Assembly: GCA_039801885.1 (NCBI GenBank)
Contig: JBDRVN010000014.1
Span: 1 to 34,498 of the forward strand
Origin: a candidate division WOR-3 bacterium
Lineage (GTDB): Bacteria > Hydrothermota > Tepidihabitantia > Tepidihabitantales > DTDR01
DNA length: 34,498 bases
Direction: 5' to 3'
This document shows, piece after piece, positions 1 through 8,691 of this stretch. Within the stretch, counting starts at the first letter, position 1. The number at the start of each line of letters is the position of its first letter. Under the pieces are notes generated by a model. The model was not told where the DNA came from and did not search any database. It worked only from the letters and a program-made list of their open reading frames with translations. Made by a program: the position numbers and the translations under genes.

Positions 1-766
1 CAACATTATTCGTATGAAGGGTAGAAAGAACCAAATGGCCAGTTTCTGCCGCGGTAAGGGCTAAAGAAATAGTTTCTAAATCCCGCATTTCGCCAACCAA
101 AATCACATCCGGATCCTCCCGTAAACAAGCTCGCAAAGCCGAAGCAAAAGAACGGGAATGAATTCCTATTTCCCTTTGACTTATCAAACAATTCCTTCCT
201 TTAAAAACATATTCTATCGGATCTTCAATAGTAATTATTCTTAAAGCCTTCTCTCTATCAAGCAAATCAATCATACTTGCTAAAGTAGTAGATTTGCCAC
301 AACCTGTTGGACCGGTAACTAAAATTAATCCCCTTTTTTTTCTTATCAATTCAGCTACGATTGGTGGAGCCGGTAATTCTTCTAAGGTTTTAATTCTTGC
401 CGGAATAATCCGAAAGGCAGCACCAATTCCGTTCATATCTAAAAAGACATTTACCCGCGCCCTAATCCGATCCTTACTTACATATTCCAATCTCATCCCT
501 TCAGTTGCTTCACCCCAGGTATAAGAAAAATCTATCTCCTTTTTTCTTTCTAAGGCTTCGATTTGCTCCTTATTTAAAATTGAATAAATTATCTCTTTGG
601 TATCTTCTTTTTTTAAAGAAGGTCCAGGAATTTTTTTTAATTCACCATTTACTCTGATTATTGGTGGATTATTCGCAGTAATATGTAAATCTGAAGCACC
701 ATAAGCAGCAGCATATTTTAATAATTCATCAATTTTTTTAACAAATTTCTCTTCCTTTTCTTCCAT
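1..766 (-). CDS. pilT: Type IV pilus retraction ATPase PilT, cut by the window edge (absent from ORF track)
   Basis: Manual translation from ATG at 766 is open to the edge: MEEKEEKFVKKIDELLKYAAAYGASDLHITANNPPIIRVNG, Walker A GPTGCGKSTT, TIEDPIEY, SQREIG, LREDPDVILVGEMRD, AETGHLVLSTLHTN. Confidence 0.95.
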   Translation of the reverse strand, partial: MEEKEEKFVKKIDELLKYAAAYGASDLHITANNPPIIRVNGELKKIPGPSLKKEDTKEIIYSILNKEQIEALERKKEIDFSYTWGEATEGMRLEYVSKDRIRARVNVFLDMNGIGAAFRIIPARIKTLEELPAPPIVAELIRKKRGLILVTGPTGCGKSTTLASMIDLLDREKALRIITIEDPIEYVFKGRNCLISQREIGIHSRSFASALRACLREDPDVILVGEMRDLETISLALTAAETGHLVLSTLHTNNV

Positions 767-799
767 TTATATTAAATTAAATTATCAAAGCGAAATATT

Positions 800-2353
800 T
801 TATCCCTGACTCTCTATAACTCTGGGGATTATAAAAATAAGAAGTTCACTTTCCTCTTTTCTTATTGATGTTCTAGTAAATAATTTTCCTAAAATTGGTA
901 TTGAGCCTAAAATCGGAATTTTTGTCTCAGCCCTTGTTTCTTGTTCTCGTTTTAACCCACCAATTACTATAACTTCACCATCTTTTGCTGCTACTTGTGT
1001 CTTTCCTTCCCGCGTAGCAATTATGGGTACTTCTTGCTCACCGGCGGTTCGCCAACCAATAATCGCTTCCACCTTTGGTTCTATTTCCATTGTAATGTTC
1101 CCATCTTTTGTCAAATGAGGCGACACTGTCAACATAATACCTATCGACCTTTCTCGCCAAGTATACACTCTTTCCCGAGTCTCCGGGTCAACCCGAACTT
1201 CTAACAAAGGAACTTTTGTAACCATCTCGACAGTAGCTTTTTGATTATCCATGGTTAAAGTATGGGGATTAGCAAGTAACTTCGCCTTACCTTCTGATTG
1301 TAATAATTCCAAAGCTGCGGACATTTGAGCAAAAGAAAGCTTACCAATTATTAAATGTTTAAACATTATTGGTATTGCTATCTCTTCACCAATATCAGGA
1401 ACCGTAGCAGTAGCAGCCGTTCTTATTGACCAGTCAATTCCATAAATTTTATCAGAGGATATTGTTGTTTCAATAAATTTAGCCTCAATTGAAATTTGTG
1501 GTGCTGGCTTATCAATCTCACCAATCAATTTTTCAATGTCTGCTAATTTTTCAGGAACATCCGTGATTATTAAATAAGAACTCCTTTTGCTTCCACCGCC
1601 TTCGCCAACTTTCTTTTCCACTGCTTCTGCCCTTCCTTTAGAAGAAAGAAATTTATCTACTACTTTTTTAATATCGCTTGCCTCGGCATAATTTAAATTA
1701 TACACTCGAGTATGAAGTTCTCCTTCCACATCTTTTTTAAATGGCTTTACCATAATTACCCCTTCGCTAATTTCTACCGCATTACATTCTACTGCTCGCA
1801 AAATAGCTGAAAAGGCTACCGAAAAAGGAACATTATCAAAACGCATTGTCACCGTTCCTTTTACTTCCGGTGAAGCAATAATATTAATGTTTCCTAAGCG
1901 TGAAAGCATTCTTAATACATCAATAATATCGGCGTCTTTCACCTCTAAAGAAACTGTTCTTTCTACCATTTTCTTTTCGGTAGGCGGCGAAACAGTTTCC
2001 TTACTTAATTCCAAAACTATTAAACTATTTTGCCGAAAAGCATTATAAGCATAAGGAGCTTCTAAATTTATATTTATTTTTATCCCTTCTTCATTTTCTT
2101 TTATTAAAACATCTTTTATACCAAATTTTGCTACTTCCATTGTCTCTTTTACCGAAGATTTTACGCCGAATAAAATTATATTTATCGCTGGCGGAGATAA
2201 ATTAAGAAAAGTCTGAAATTCACAAAAAGTATCGCAACTTAAAGTGATTCTCACTTTTTCTAAAAGTTCTTCGTAATAAATGTTTCTTAAAAAATTATCT
2301 TGCGAAAAAGAAAGTGTTATTAAAACTATTAACCCAAAAATATATTTTCTCAT
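800..2353 (-). CDS. pilQ: PilQ-type outer-membrane secretin
   Basis: Signal peptide, AMIN-like N-terminus, STN-like VSLEVKDADIIDVLR, N-domain, secretin motifs QISIEAKFIE and KIPILGSIPILGKLF...ELLIFIIPRVI; SD AGGAGG upstream. Confidence 0.92.
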   Translation of the reverse strand: MRKYIFGLIVLITLSFSQDNFLRNIYYEELLEKVRITLSCDTFCEFQTFLNLSPPAINIILFGVKSSVKETMEVAKFGIKDVLIKENEEGIKININLEAPYAYNAFRQNSLIVLELSKETVSPPTEKKMVERTVSLEVKDADIIDVLRMLSRLGNINIIASPEVKGTVTMRFDNVPFSVAFSAILRAVECNAVEISEGVIMVKPFKKDVEGELHTRVYNLNYAEASDIKKVVDKFLSSKGRAEAVEKKVGEGGGSKRSSYLIITDVPEKLADIEKLIGEIDKPAPQISIEAKFIETTISSDKIYGIDWSIRTAATATVPDIGEEIAIPIMFKHLIIGKLSFAQMSAALELLQSEGKAKLLANPHTLTMDNQKATVEMVTKVPLLEVRVDPETRERVYTWRERSIGIMLTVSPHLTKDGNITMEIEPKVEAIIGWRTAGEQEVPIIATREGKTQVAAKDGEVIVIGGLKREQETRAETKIPILGSIPILGKLFTRTSIRKEESELLIFIIPRVIESQG

Positions 2354-2380
2354 AATATTTCCTCCTTTTATTATTATTAA

Positions 2381-2905
2381 TTACTCACCTAAAAAAATCG
2401 TAAATCTTTTCCCGCCTTTTTCTACAATCACTCTGTCTCTTTCAATCGCAACTACTTTCTTTCCATCCACCAAATCTCCAACATGGACTATCTGATTGTT
2501 AATTATTGCGTAGGCTTCATTTTCACTTAGGGTGATTGCTGAGACAATTAATGATTTCATTTCGGCAAGATAAGAAAAATCTCTTACAAAAGGATCCTCG
2601 CCCCACTTTTCTGTATCTTCTTGTATTTCTTGAGCAGAAAGGGGCTTCAATCCTAAGGTTTCTTTTTTTACCGATGGCTTAGCAAGGGCTAAAGTTTCTT
2701 TTTTAACCGGTGAACTAACTATTGATTCTTTTTTTATCTCTTTTATCTCTTTCTTGGGCAATGTAGCTAAGGTTTCTTGTTTTACTTTTGGTTTCATCTC
2801 TTTTGCGATTGACGTGACTTTCGATTTAGGTCTCGGTCTTAAAAGAGTAAAAAGTACTAAAACTACTATTAAAATTCCAATTAATACAATTAATCTTTGA
2901 CGCAT
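2381..2905 (-). CDS. PilP/GspB-like membrane-anchored assembly protein
   Basis: N-terminal TM, Lys/Glu/Pro-rich linker, DPF motif, C-terminal AIINNQIVHVGDLVDGKKVVAIERDRV beta domain; sits in the pilP position before pilQ. Confidence 0.65.
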   Translation of the reverse strand: MRQRLIVLIGILIVVLVLFTLLRPRPKSKVTSIAKEMKPKVKQETLATLPKKEIKEIKKESIVSSPVKKETLALAKPSVKKETLGLKPLSAQEIQEDTEKWGEDPFVRDFSYLAEMKSLIVSAITLSENEAYAIINNQIVHVGDLVDGKKVVAIERDRVIVEKGGKRFTIFLGE

Positions 2906-2941
2906 ATTATATTATAATAATAAAAAATTTAAAAATGTCAA
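2906..2941 (-). promoter_or_regulatory. Putative sigma70 promoter inside the pil cluster
   Basis: Minus-strand TTGACA (2936-2941) with overlapping TATTAT/TATAAT boxes (2906-2919) directly before ATG 2905; -10 assignment ambiguous. Confidence 0.5.
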
Positions 2942-2942
2942 T

Positions 2943-3476
2943 TTATTTCCTTTTAGTAGTTTTTAATGTCGCAAAAGGAACACAACCTTCACCCACTCGA
3001 ACCGTAGTAATTTCGCCAAAATAATCAAGAGTGATCTTATCGGAATCAATTTTCACAATTCTTCTTCCTATTATCTCATCACCTGCTTTGTATTGTTTTC
3101 CATCAATTAAGGCATAAGGAGTATTTTCTACCATCACAATTGCTTGTAAAATATACATTCCCGTCTTCTTTTTTCTTGATTTTTTCTTTTTCTGCCTTTG
3201 TAATTTTTGTAATTCCCGTTGCCGTTTTCTTTCTTCTTTTAATCGTTTTTTTTCTAATTTCCTTAATTCTCTCTCTTTTTTCCTCTCTTCTTTGCTTTTC
3301 TTTTCTCTTTTTTCTAAACCACCAGTTTTTCTTCCAGCTCTTCTTGCTCTCCTACTTCCTTCAGCAACTTCCTCTGTCTTCTTAATTGCCTTTTGAACTG
3401 GCTTTTTCTTTAGAACCCGAGAACCCACAAAAATCAAAATAAAAACCAAAATTAAAATAGTTATTATTCTTCTCAT
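2943..3476 (-). CDS. Second PilP/GspB-like protein with a very basic coiled-coil linker
   Basis: N-terminal TM, K/R/E-rich stretch, C-terminal ALIDGKQYKAGDEIIGRRIVKIDSDKITL similar to the domain in 2381..2905. Confidence 0.6.
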   Translation of the reverse strand: MRRIITILILVFILIFVGSRVLKKKPVQKAIKKTEEVAEGSRRARRAGRKTGGLEKREKKSKEERKKERELRKLEKKRLKEERKRQRELQKLQRQKKKKSRKKKTGMYILQAIVMVENTPYALIDGKQYKAGDEIIGRRIVKIDSDKITLDYFGEITTVRVGEGCVPFATLKTTKRK

Positions 3477-3485
3477 AAAAACCTC

Positions 3486-4058
3486 CTACAAAATTTTCCC
3501 AATCAGACTTGAAGCAAATATATTAACTAAAATTCTCGCCTCAATTAGAGGTTTTATCTCATCTTTGCCAGTAAATTCCAGTTCGTAAACTTTAATGAAA
3601 TAGGGAAATTTGCTTAAATTGGCAATAAATTTTCCAATATCTAAATATCTTCCTTGCAAAGTAATTTCAAAAGGAATTGGTCTCAAAGGAGTTTCTTTTG
3701 TTTCTTGGGTTAAAAGAGTATCTAAACCGGGCGGACGAATACTAAGAAATCTTATATTATACTTTTTAGCTTCTTCTGATAACTGTTTAGCCAAAAGTAA
3801 AACTTCGCTCCGGGGAGCAATTCGGGCAACAAACTCTCTATTCTCTTCTTCCAATTTCGCAATTTTTAATTTCAAAATCTCAGTCTCTTTTGCCAACCTT
3901 CTTAATTCCTCAATTTTGGCTTTCAATGCTTTTGCTTCTGTTTTTAATTTTGCGCGGGCTGCTATCTTTGGTTGATAAAGAAAAAGAATAAAAACAACAA
4001 TTATTGCCAAAAGAATAATCAACCCACCAAATAACCATTTCCTTTGTAAAATATTCAT
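3486..4058 (-). CDS. pilO: Type IV pilus assembly protein PilO
   Basis: TM, coiled coil, then PFEITLQGRYLDIGKFIANLSK ferredoxin-like PilO pattern; follows pilM/N. Confidence 0.85.
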   Translation of the reverse strand: MNILQRKWLFGGLIILLAIIVVFILFLYQPKIAARAKLKTEAKALKAKIEELRRLAKETEILKLKIAKLEEENREFVARIAPRSEVLLLAKQLSEEAKKYNIRFLSIRPPGLDTLLTQETKETPLRPIPFEITLQGRYLDIGKFIANLSKFPYFIKVYELEFTGKDEIKPLIEARILVNIFASSLIGKIL

Positions 4059-4069
4059 TTTTCACCTCC

Positions 4070-5680
4070 TTATTCTAATAAACATTCTAATTCAAAATTC
4101 AAAACTTCTTCACCAATAAGATAAGTTTTTGTTTTACTAATTAAATTCACCTCTTTCACCACTTTGCTATTTTCCAATTTCCACATAAAATCTGCCAAAT
4201 CTACTTCTAAATATTCTGGTTTACCAGTAACAACTCCTTTTAAATTAATCTTAGAAAGTCCAGTAAATGTAAGAGTACTAAGTTGAATGTTATTCGGCAC
4301 TTCTTTGGAGAAAAATCTTAATAAAGGTGTAACTACTTCACTTTCGCCAACAATACTTTTTAATAATTTTTGCTGGGCTTCTAATTCGTCAAATTTATTT
4401 TTAAAATTAGTGTATTCCTGAGAAATTATTTCTACTTCCTTTAGTTCTTTTTGAAGCTTTCTTATTTGATTTTGTTCCAAAGCTCTTTGAACCTCTAATC
4501 CAATATTTATTAAAATAAGCAAAGGAATTAAAACAACTGCTATTGCGCCAACAATTTGTAAGTCCTTGCCAACATATCTTTTAACCTTAAGTTCAGAAGG
4601 TAGAAGGTCTACTGCCTCTGGATCATAATGCAGTCCTAAACAAGCAACCAACCGATGTCCAATATTTTGTGGATAATTTGGCAAATAAAGATTATAGTTC
4701 TTAAAGGGATCGAATAATTCAACATTAATTTTTAAATTTTCTTCTAAAAATTCTTTTAAGCCTTTAAATTCGGCACTACCTCCACAAACCAAAATTCGAT
4801 TTATTACTGGAACATTATATTCTCTTTTATAAAAATCAAAAGTTCGATTTATTTCTCCCAAAAACCTCTCTAAGGCTGGTCGTTGTAAACTCAATAATCT
4901 CTTAACTTTTATTCCGTTGGGTAAAATTTCTTCATTTGTTTCTTCCGGAATACCGTATACTTTTTTATACTTTTCTGCTTCTTCTAAACTCAGAGCCAAT
5001 TCTCCTTCTTCGGTCATAATTGCGACGGTCATTGCTTCGGTAAAGGAATTTCCCGCGGTGGTTACAGTCCGAGTAAATTCTAATTGTTTATTTCTTATGA
5101 ATATTATATCAGTAAATTCAGCACCAATATCTAAAAGAGCAACTACTTCTTCTTCTTTTAAATTTCCAAATTTCTTTACCGCTGCTGCCAGTGCAAAAGG
5201 AATAACCGAAATTGCTGAAGGTTCCAAACCCACTTTTCTCAAGGTAGCAATGTGGTCGGCAATAATATCTTTTCTTACAGAAACCACCATAACATTATTA
5301 GCTTCTTTTCCTGCTTCGCTCATTATTCCTAAATTTTTATAATCTAAAATTGCTTCATCAACAGTAAAAGGTGAATATTTATCCAAACGAAGAAAAATAG
5401 CATCCCTCAATTCTTTTTTTGACATTTTAGGAAAAGGTGCCTGACGCAAACTCACCGAAGGACCGCTAACAAAAGAGTAAACTTTTGCGGGTTTCAAATC
5501 TTTAATCAATTCTCTAATAATTCCGCTAATATCAGGGATTTCCATAAATTCTTTTAATCCGTAAGCACAAACTCTATCTTTCTCCATATAAACAAATTTA
5601 ACTGATTGGGAGCCAATATCAATTGATAAAGCACCTTTTCCTTCCGCTTTGAATAATTTTTTAAAATCAATACCTTTCAC
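4070..5680 (-). CDS. pilM: PilM-PilN fusion protein
   Basis: Actin-like PilM motifs SIDIGSQSVK, LDIGAEFT, CGGSA, followed in frame by VDLLP (PilN INLLP-like), a TM helix, coiled coil and PilN-like domain; GTG start. Confidence 0.85.
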   Translation of the reverse strand: MKGIDFKKLFKAEGKGALSIDIGSQSVKFVYMEKDRVCAYGLKEFMEIPDISGIIRELIKDLKPAKVYSFVSGPSVSLRQAPFPKMSKKELRDAIFLRLDKYSPFTVDEAILDYKNLGIMSEAGKEANNVMVVSVRKDIIADHIATLRKVGLEPSAISVIPFALAAAVKKFGNLKEEEVVALLDIGAEFTDIIFIRNKQLEFTRTVTTAGNSFTEAMTVAIMTEEGELALSLEEAEKYKKVYGIPEETNEEILPNGIKVKRLLSLQRPALERFLGEINRTFDFYKREYNVPVINRILVCGGSAEFKGLKEFLEENLKINVELFDPFKNYNLYLPNYPQNIGHRLVACLGLHYDPEAVDLLPSELKVKRYVGKDLQIVGAIAVVLIPLLILINIGLEVQRALEQNQIRKLQKELKEVEIISQEYTNFKNKFDELEAQQKLLKSIVGESEVVTPLLRFFSKEVPNNIQLSTLTFTGLSKINLKGVVTGKPEYLEVDLADFMWKLENSKVVKEVNLISKTKTYLIGEEVLNFELECLLE

Positions 5681-5693
5681 ATTTCACCCCCTT

Positions 5694-6821
5694 TTAAGGA
5701 ATTAAAAATTGGTTAACCGAACCATCACTGGTTCTAATTTTTGCTATTTTATTTCTTACGCTTCTTGGATAACCACCGGTTTGGTTATTATAAAATCCTA
5801 ACAATGTAAATATTCTTTTACTTTGAGGGATAAAAACAACTATACTATCAAAATTTACCTCTTGTTTAAGGCTGAATCTATTGCCACCACCAAAATTAGC
5901 CACTGTATCATTATCAATCACAATAAATTCATAAAAAATAGTATCATTAGACAAGGAAAGCAAATTAAAATTATTAATTTTTATTGTTTCGCTTATTGGG
6001 TTAAATAACTCAAAAGAAAAATTATTGGAAATAGTATCCGGAGGAGCAGGAAAAGAATTTGCCGAATTAGCTACATAAACTAAACTTCCACGAAAAATAC
6101 CAGGAAATTTAAATTCAATAAAAACTTGGGATTTTGGTAGAACTACCACATGCTTCTTTAAAGTTTCTTTTTGAGAATAAACTCTAATTAAATGAATACC
6201 TATCGGAATATTATCAAAAGAAAAGAAACCGTCTGGGTGAGGTATTGATTCCACATATACCATTTCTCCATTTTTAGGATATTCACAACCAACTCGGAAA
6301 TTAACCGCCATATTTCCTGGAGGATTTTTTTCACTATCATAAATATAACCGTAGATTTTGTTATTAAATAAATCATCATAATTTTCGGCAATTTTGTAAG
6401 TTAAGGTAAAACGACCGTTAGCAAAACTTCTAATTGCTAAATCTTCCGGTGTGTATTGATAATATCTTCCCCAAGCGTCCATTTTATAACTCTCTTTATC
6501 TTCCAAAAAATCTAATTTTAAATAAGGCCCTTTCCATAAACCGCCTTCGTTATTCACTAAAGCACCTAAACTATCCGGCAATTTTCCCATGTCACCCACA
6601 TAACCAAAATCTATTCTTTTTCCATCAGCAATCAATTCCGGATCCCCATTAATCGCTTTGCCTATTCTTTTTAGCTCTTCCATTGTTTCATCAATTTGAG
6701 AACGTTCTCGAACCCGATCGATTGCACTTAATGAAATACCAGCAAGAATACCAATAATCACCATAACTACAATCATCTCTAATAGTGTAACTCCTCTGTT
6801 TATTTTCATAACTTTTATCAT
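5694..6821 (-). CDS. Large minor pilin/pseudopilin with C-terminal beta-rich domains
   Basis: Class III signal RG|VTLLEM; DFGYVGDMGKLP, WKGPY, DAWG GspG-like core. Start may be 6809. Confidence 0.85.
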   Translation of the reverse strand: MIKVMKINRGVTLLEMIVVMVIIGILAGISLSAIDRVRERSQIDETMEELKRIGKAINGDPELIADGKRIDFGYVGDMGKLPDSLGALVNNEGGLWKGPYLKLDFLEDKESYKMDAWGRYYQYTPEDLAIRSFANGRFTLTYKIAENYDDLFNNKIYGYIYDSEKNPPGNMAVNFRVGCEYPKNGEMVYVESIPHPDGFFSFDNIPIGIHLIRVYSQKETLKKHVVVLPKSQVFIEFKFPGIFRGSLVYVANSANSFPAPPDTISNNFSFELFNPISETIKINNFNLLSLSNDTIFYEFIVIDNDTVANFGGGNRFSLKQEVNFDSIVVFIPQSKRIFTLLGFYNNQTGGYPRSVRNKIAKIRTSDGSVNQFLIP

Positions 6822-7588
6822 TCTTGAAAATTAACCCGACTAAATTTCAGTTCAATATTTTTCGCTCCAATTCGAGGATAAACAGTGATAATTTTTTCAA
6901 TAGAATCATATTGCACAGTGTCTCGATAAACACATACTAATTTTCTTTTACCAATAGGAGTACCGGAATATATAAAATTACCACCGCTACGCGGATGAAT
7001 TGAGTCAATAATCAGTCTCCCTTCCCGAGGATAAAAAAGAGTTATTAATATATTAGTAGCTTTTGCTGAATCCGGTGTATTTCCAAAAGCATCATATACT
7101 ATTCCACTTAACTCATTATTAAAAATATCGGAAAAAGAACCCGCTAATTTTTTAGTGAGCCATTTTTGATAGCTCACATCACTACCGCTCGCGTAACTCC
7201 TAATAATTAAGCTTTCTGGATAATATTTATAGGAATCACCCCAGGCATCAGTTAAAAATCCTCTTGGATTTTCAACAAAAGTTGGTTTTACATAAGGTCC
7301 TTTCCATAAGGCAGAATCTATATACTCTGGTTTTATAGCAAGGTCTATTAAAGCTCTAGGCAACATTCCGCAATCACCAACAAAACCAAAATCAACCCTT
7401 GTTCCTAAATAAGTCAATCGTTCATCACCAACAATTGCTCTTCCAATTTCATCTAATTCTTTTATTGTCTCTTCAATTCTTTGTCTTTCTAATGTTACAT
7501 CCCAAGTTTTTACCGCCGCCGAAGCTAATATTCCAATAATCACCATTACGATTAATAACTCTAAAAGAGTAACTCCTTTATTTTTCAT
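6818..7588 (-). CDS. Pilin/pseudopilin (GspG-like core plus extra domain)
   Basis: KG|VTLLEL; DFGFVGDCGMLP, WKGPY, DAWG. Confidence 0.85.
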   Translation of the reverse strand: MKNKGVTLLELLIVMVIIGILASAAVKTWDVTLERQRIEETIKELDEIGRAIVGDERLTYLGTRVDFGFVGDCGMLPRALIDLAIKPEYIDSALWKGPYVKPTFVENPRGFLTDAWGDSYKYYPESLIIRSYASGSDVSYQKWLTKKLAGSFSDIFNNELSGIVYDAFGNTPDSAKATNILITLFYPREGRLIIDSIHPRSGGNFIYSGTPIGKRKLVCVYRDTVQYDSIEKIITVYPRIGAKNIELKFSRVNFQE

Positions 7589-7592
7589 TAAT

Positions 7593-8105
7593 TTAAAATA
7601 AAATTATAATATCATCATTTGTTTGATGTCTTTGGGGATCATACCATTCGCCATCCGGACCAGCACTTTTTAACCCTAAGGTTTCACCATTTGCTCCTAA
7701 ATGATACATAATCGGTGTTTCCCAAGGATCGTATAAAAAGGAGTGGTCAGCATCATCGCGAACATAAGGACCATTCCAACCCTTTTTAGTAAAAGGATTC
7801 CATGCGGGAATAGATTCTTTTCCCGGATAATTAAATTCTCTTAATGTATCTGGACGATTTGTTGCTAATTCTATTAAATGTCTCGGGAATCTGCCTACAT
7901 CACCTTTGAAACCGTAATCAATGTAATTTGCTCCTACTTCACCAACAATGGCTTTTCTCAATTGATATAATCGGTTTTTAACCACAGTAATCCGAGCATT
8001 CTGTGTTACACGAGATACAATTGGAGGAACTAAAAAACTTATTAAAATACCAATAATAAAAATTACTATTAATAATTCAACTAAAGTAACTCCTTTGCTT
8101 TTCAT
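7593..8105 (-). CDS. GspG-like pilin/pseudopilin
   Basis: KG|VTLVEL; DYGFKGDVGRFP, WNGPY, DPWE, LKSAGPDG, DDI typical of the GspG C-terminal domain. Confidence 0.85.
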   Translation of the reverse strand: MKSKGVTLVELLIVIFIIGILISFLVPPIVSRVTQNARITVVKNRLYQLRKAIVGEVGANYIDYGFKGDVGRFPRHLIELATNRPDTLREFNYPGKESIPAWNPFTKKGWNGPYVRDDADHSFLYDPWETPIMYHLGANGETLGLKSAGPDGEWYDPQRHQTNDDIIILF

Positions 8106-8108
8106 AAT

Positions 8109-8642
8109 TTAATTATGTAAAACAAAAATTATTACCTCATCGTGCTCTGGGGTATAACTCCTTATTGATTCACCAGCAATATTAAAACCAATTAATCCAT
8201 AATTAGAAGGATATTGAGAACCAGGCGGGTACCATACTCCATATCTAATTGTGCCCGGATCATATCCCCAAACATCGTTAGGACCATCCTCTCTAGTGTC
8301 AAAACAATCTTCTTTATTATCATAATCTTCTTCATCAAAATCTTCTGGTGCTAATTCTTTACTTGTATAAGGATTGGTGGGAAATTTCCCTAATTTCACT
8401 TCAAAAATTCCGCCGGGGAAATAAGAACCATAGCCATCTTCATAAAAATCATCGGCATAATGACCTTGCTCTAAATGGTAAGTCTCAATAACAACCTGGC
8501 AAAGATGCATATTTGCTTTTACTGCTGTCTGTCTCGCCCTTTCTCGCATTAGGTTAAAATTTGGTACTTGTAAAGCAAGCAAAATACCTAATATCATTAT
8601 TACTACTAATAACTCTACTAAGGTAAACCCATTTTTTCTCAT
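8109..8642 (-). CDS. Type IV pilin-like protein with an acidic C-terminal domain
   Basis: MRKNG|FTLVEL...PNF...RAR. Start moved from 8672 to ATG 8642 because the 5' extension consists of the promoter sequence. Confidence 0.85.
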   Translation of the reverse strand: MRKNGFTLVELLVVIMILGILLALQVPNFNLMRERARQTAVKANMHLCQVVIETYHLEQGHYADDFYEDGYGSYFPGGIFEVKLGKFPTNPYTSKELAPEDFDEEDYDNKEDCFDTREDGPNDVWGYDPGTIRYGVWYPPGSQYPSNYGLIGFNIAGESIRSYTPEHDEVIIFVLHN

Positions 8643-8648
8643 CAAAGA

Positions 8649-8677
8649 ATTATAATCTATTTTTTTTGTCATGTCAA
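8649..8677 (-). promoter_or_regulatory. Consensus sigma70 promoter of the pilin operon
   Basis: TTGACA (8672-8677), 17 nt, TATAAT (8649-8654), 6 nt, ATG (8642); no SD. Confidence 0.8.
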
Positions 8678-8691
8678 TAAATTAGTATATC

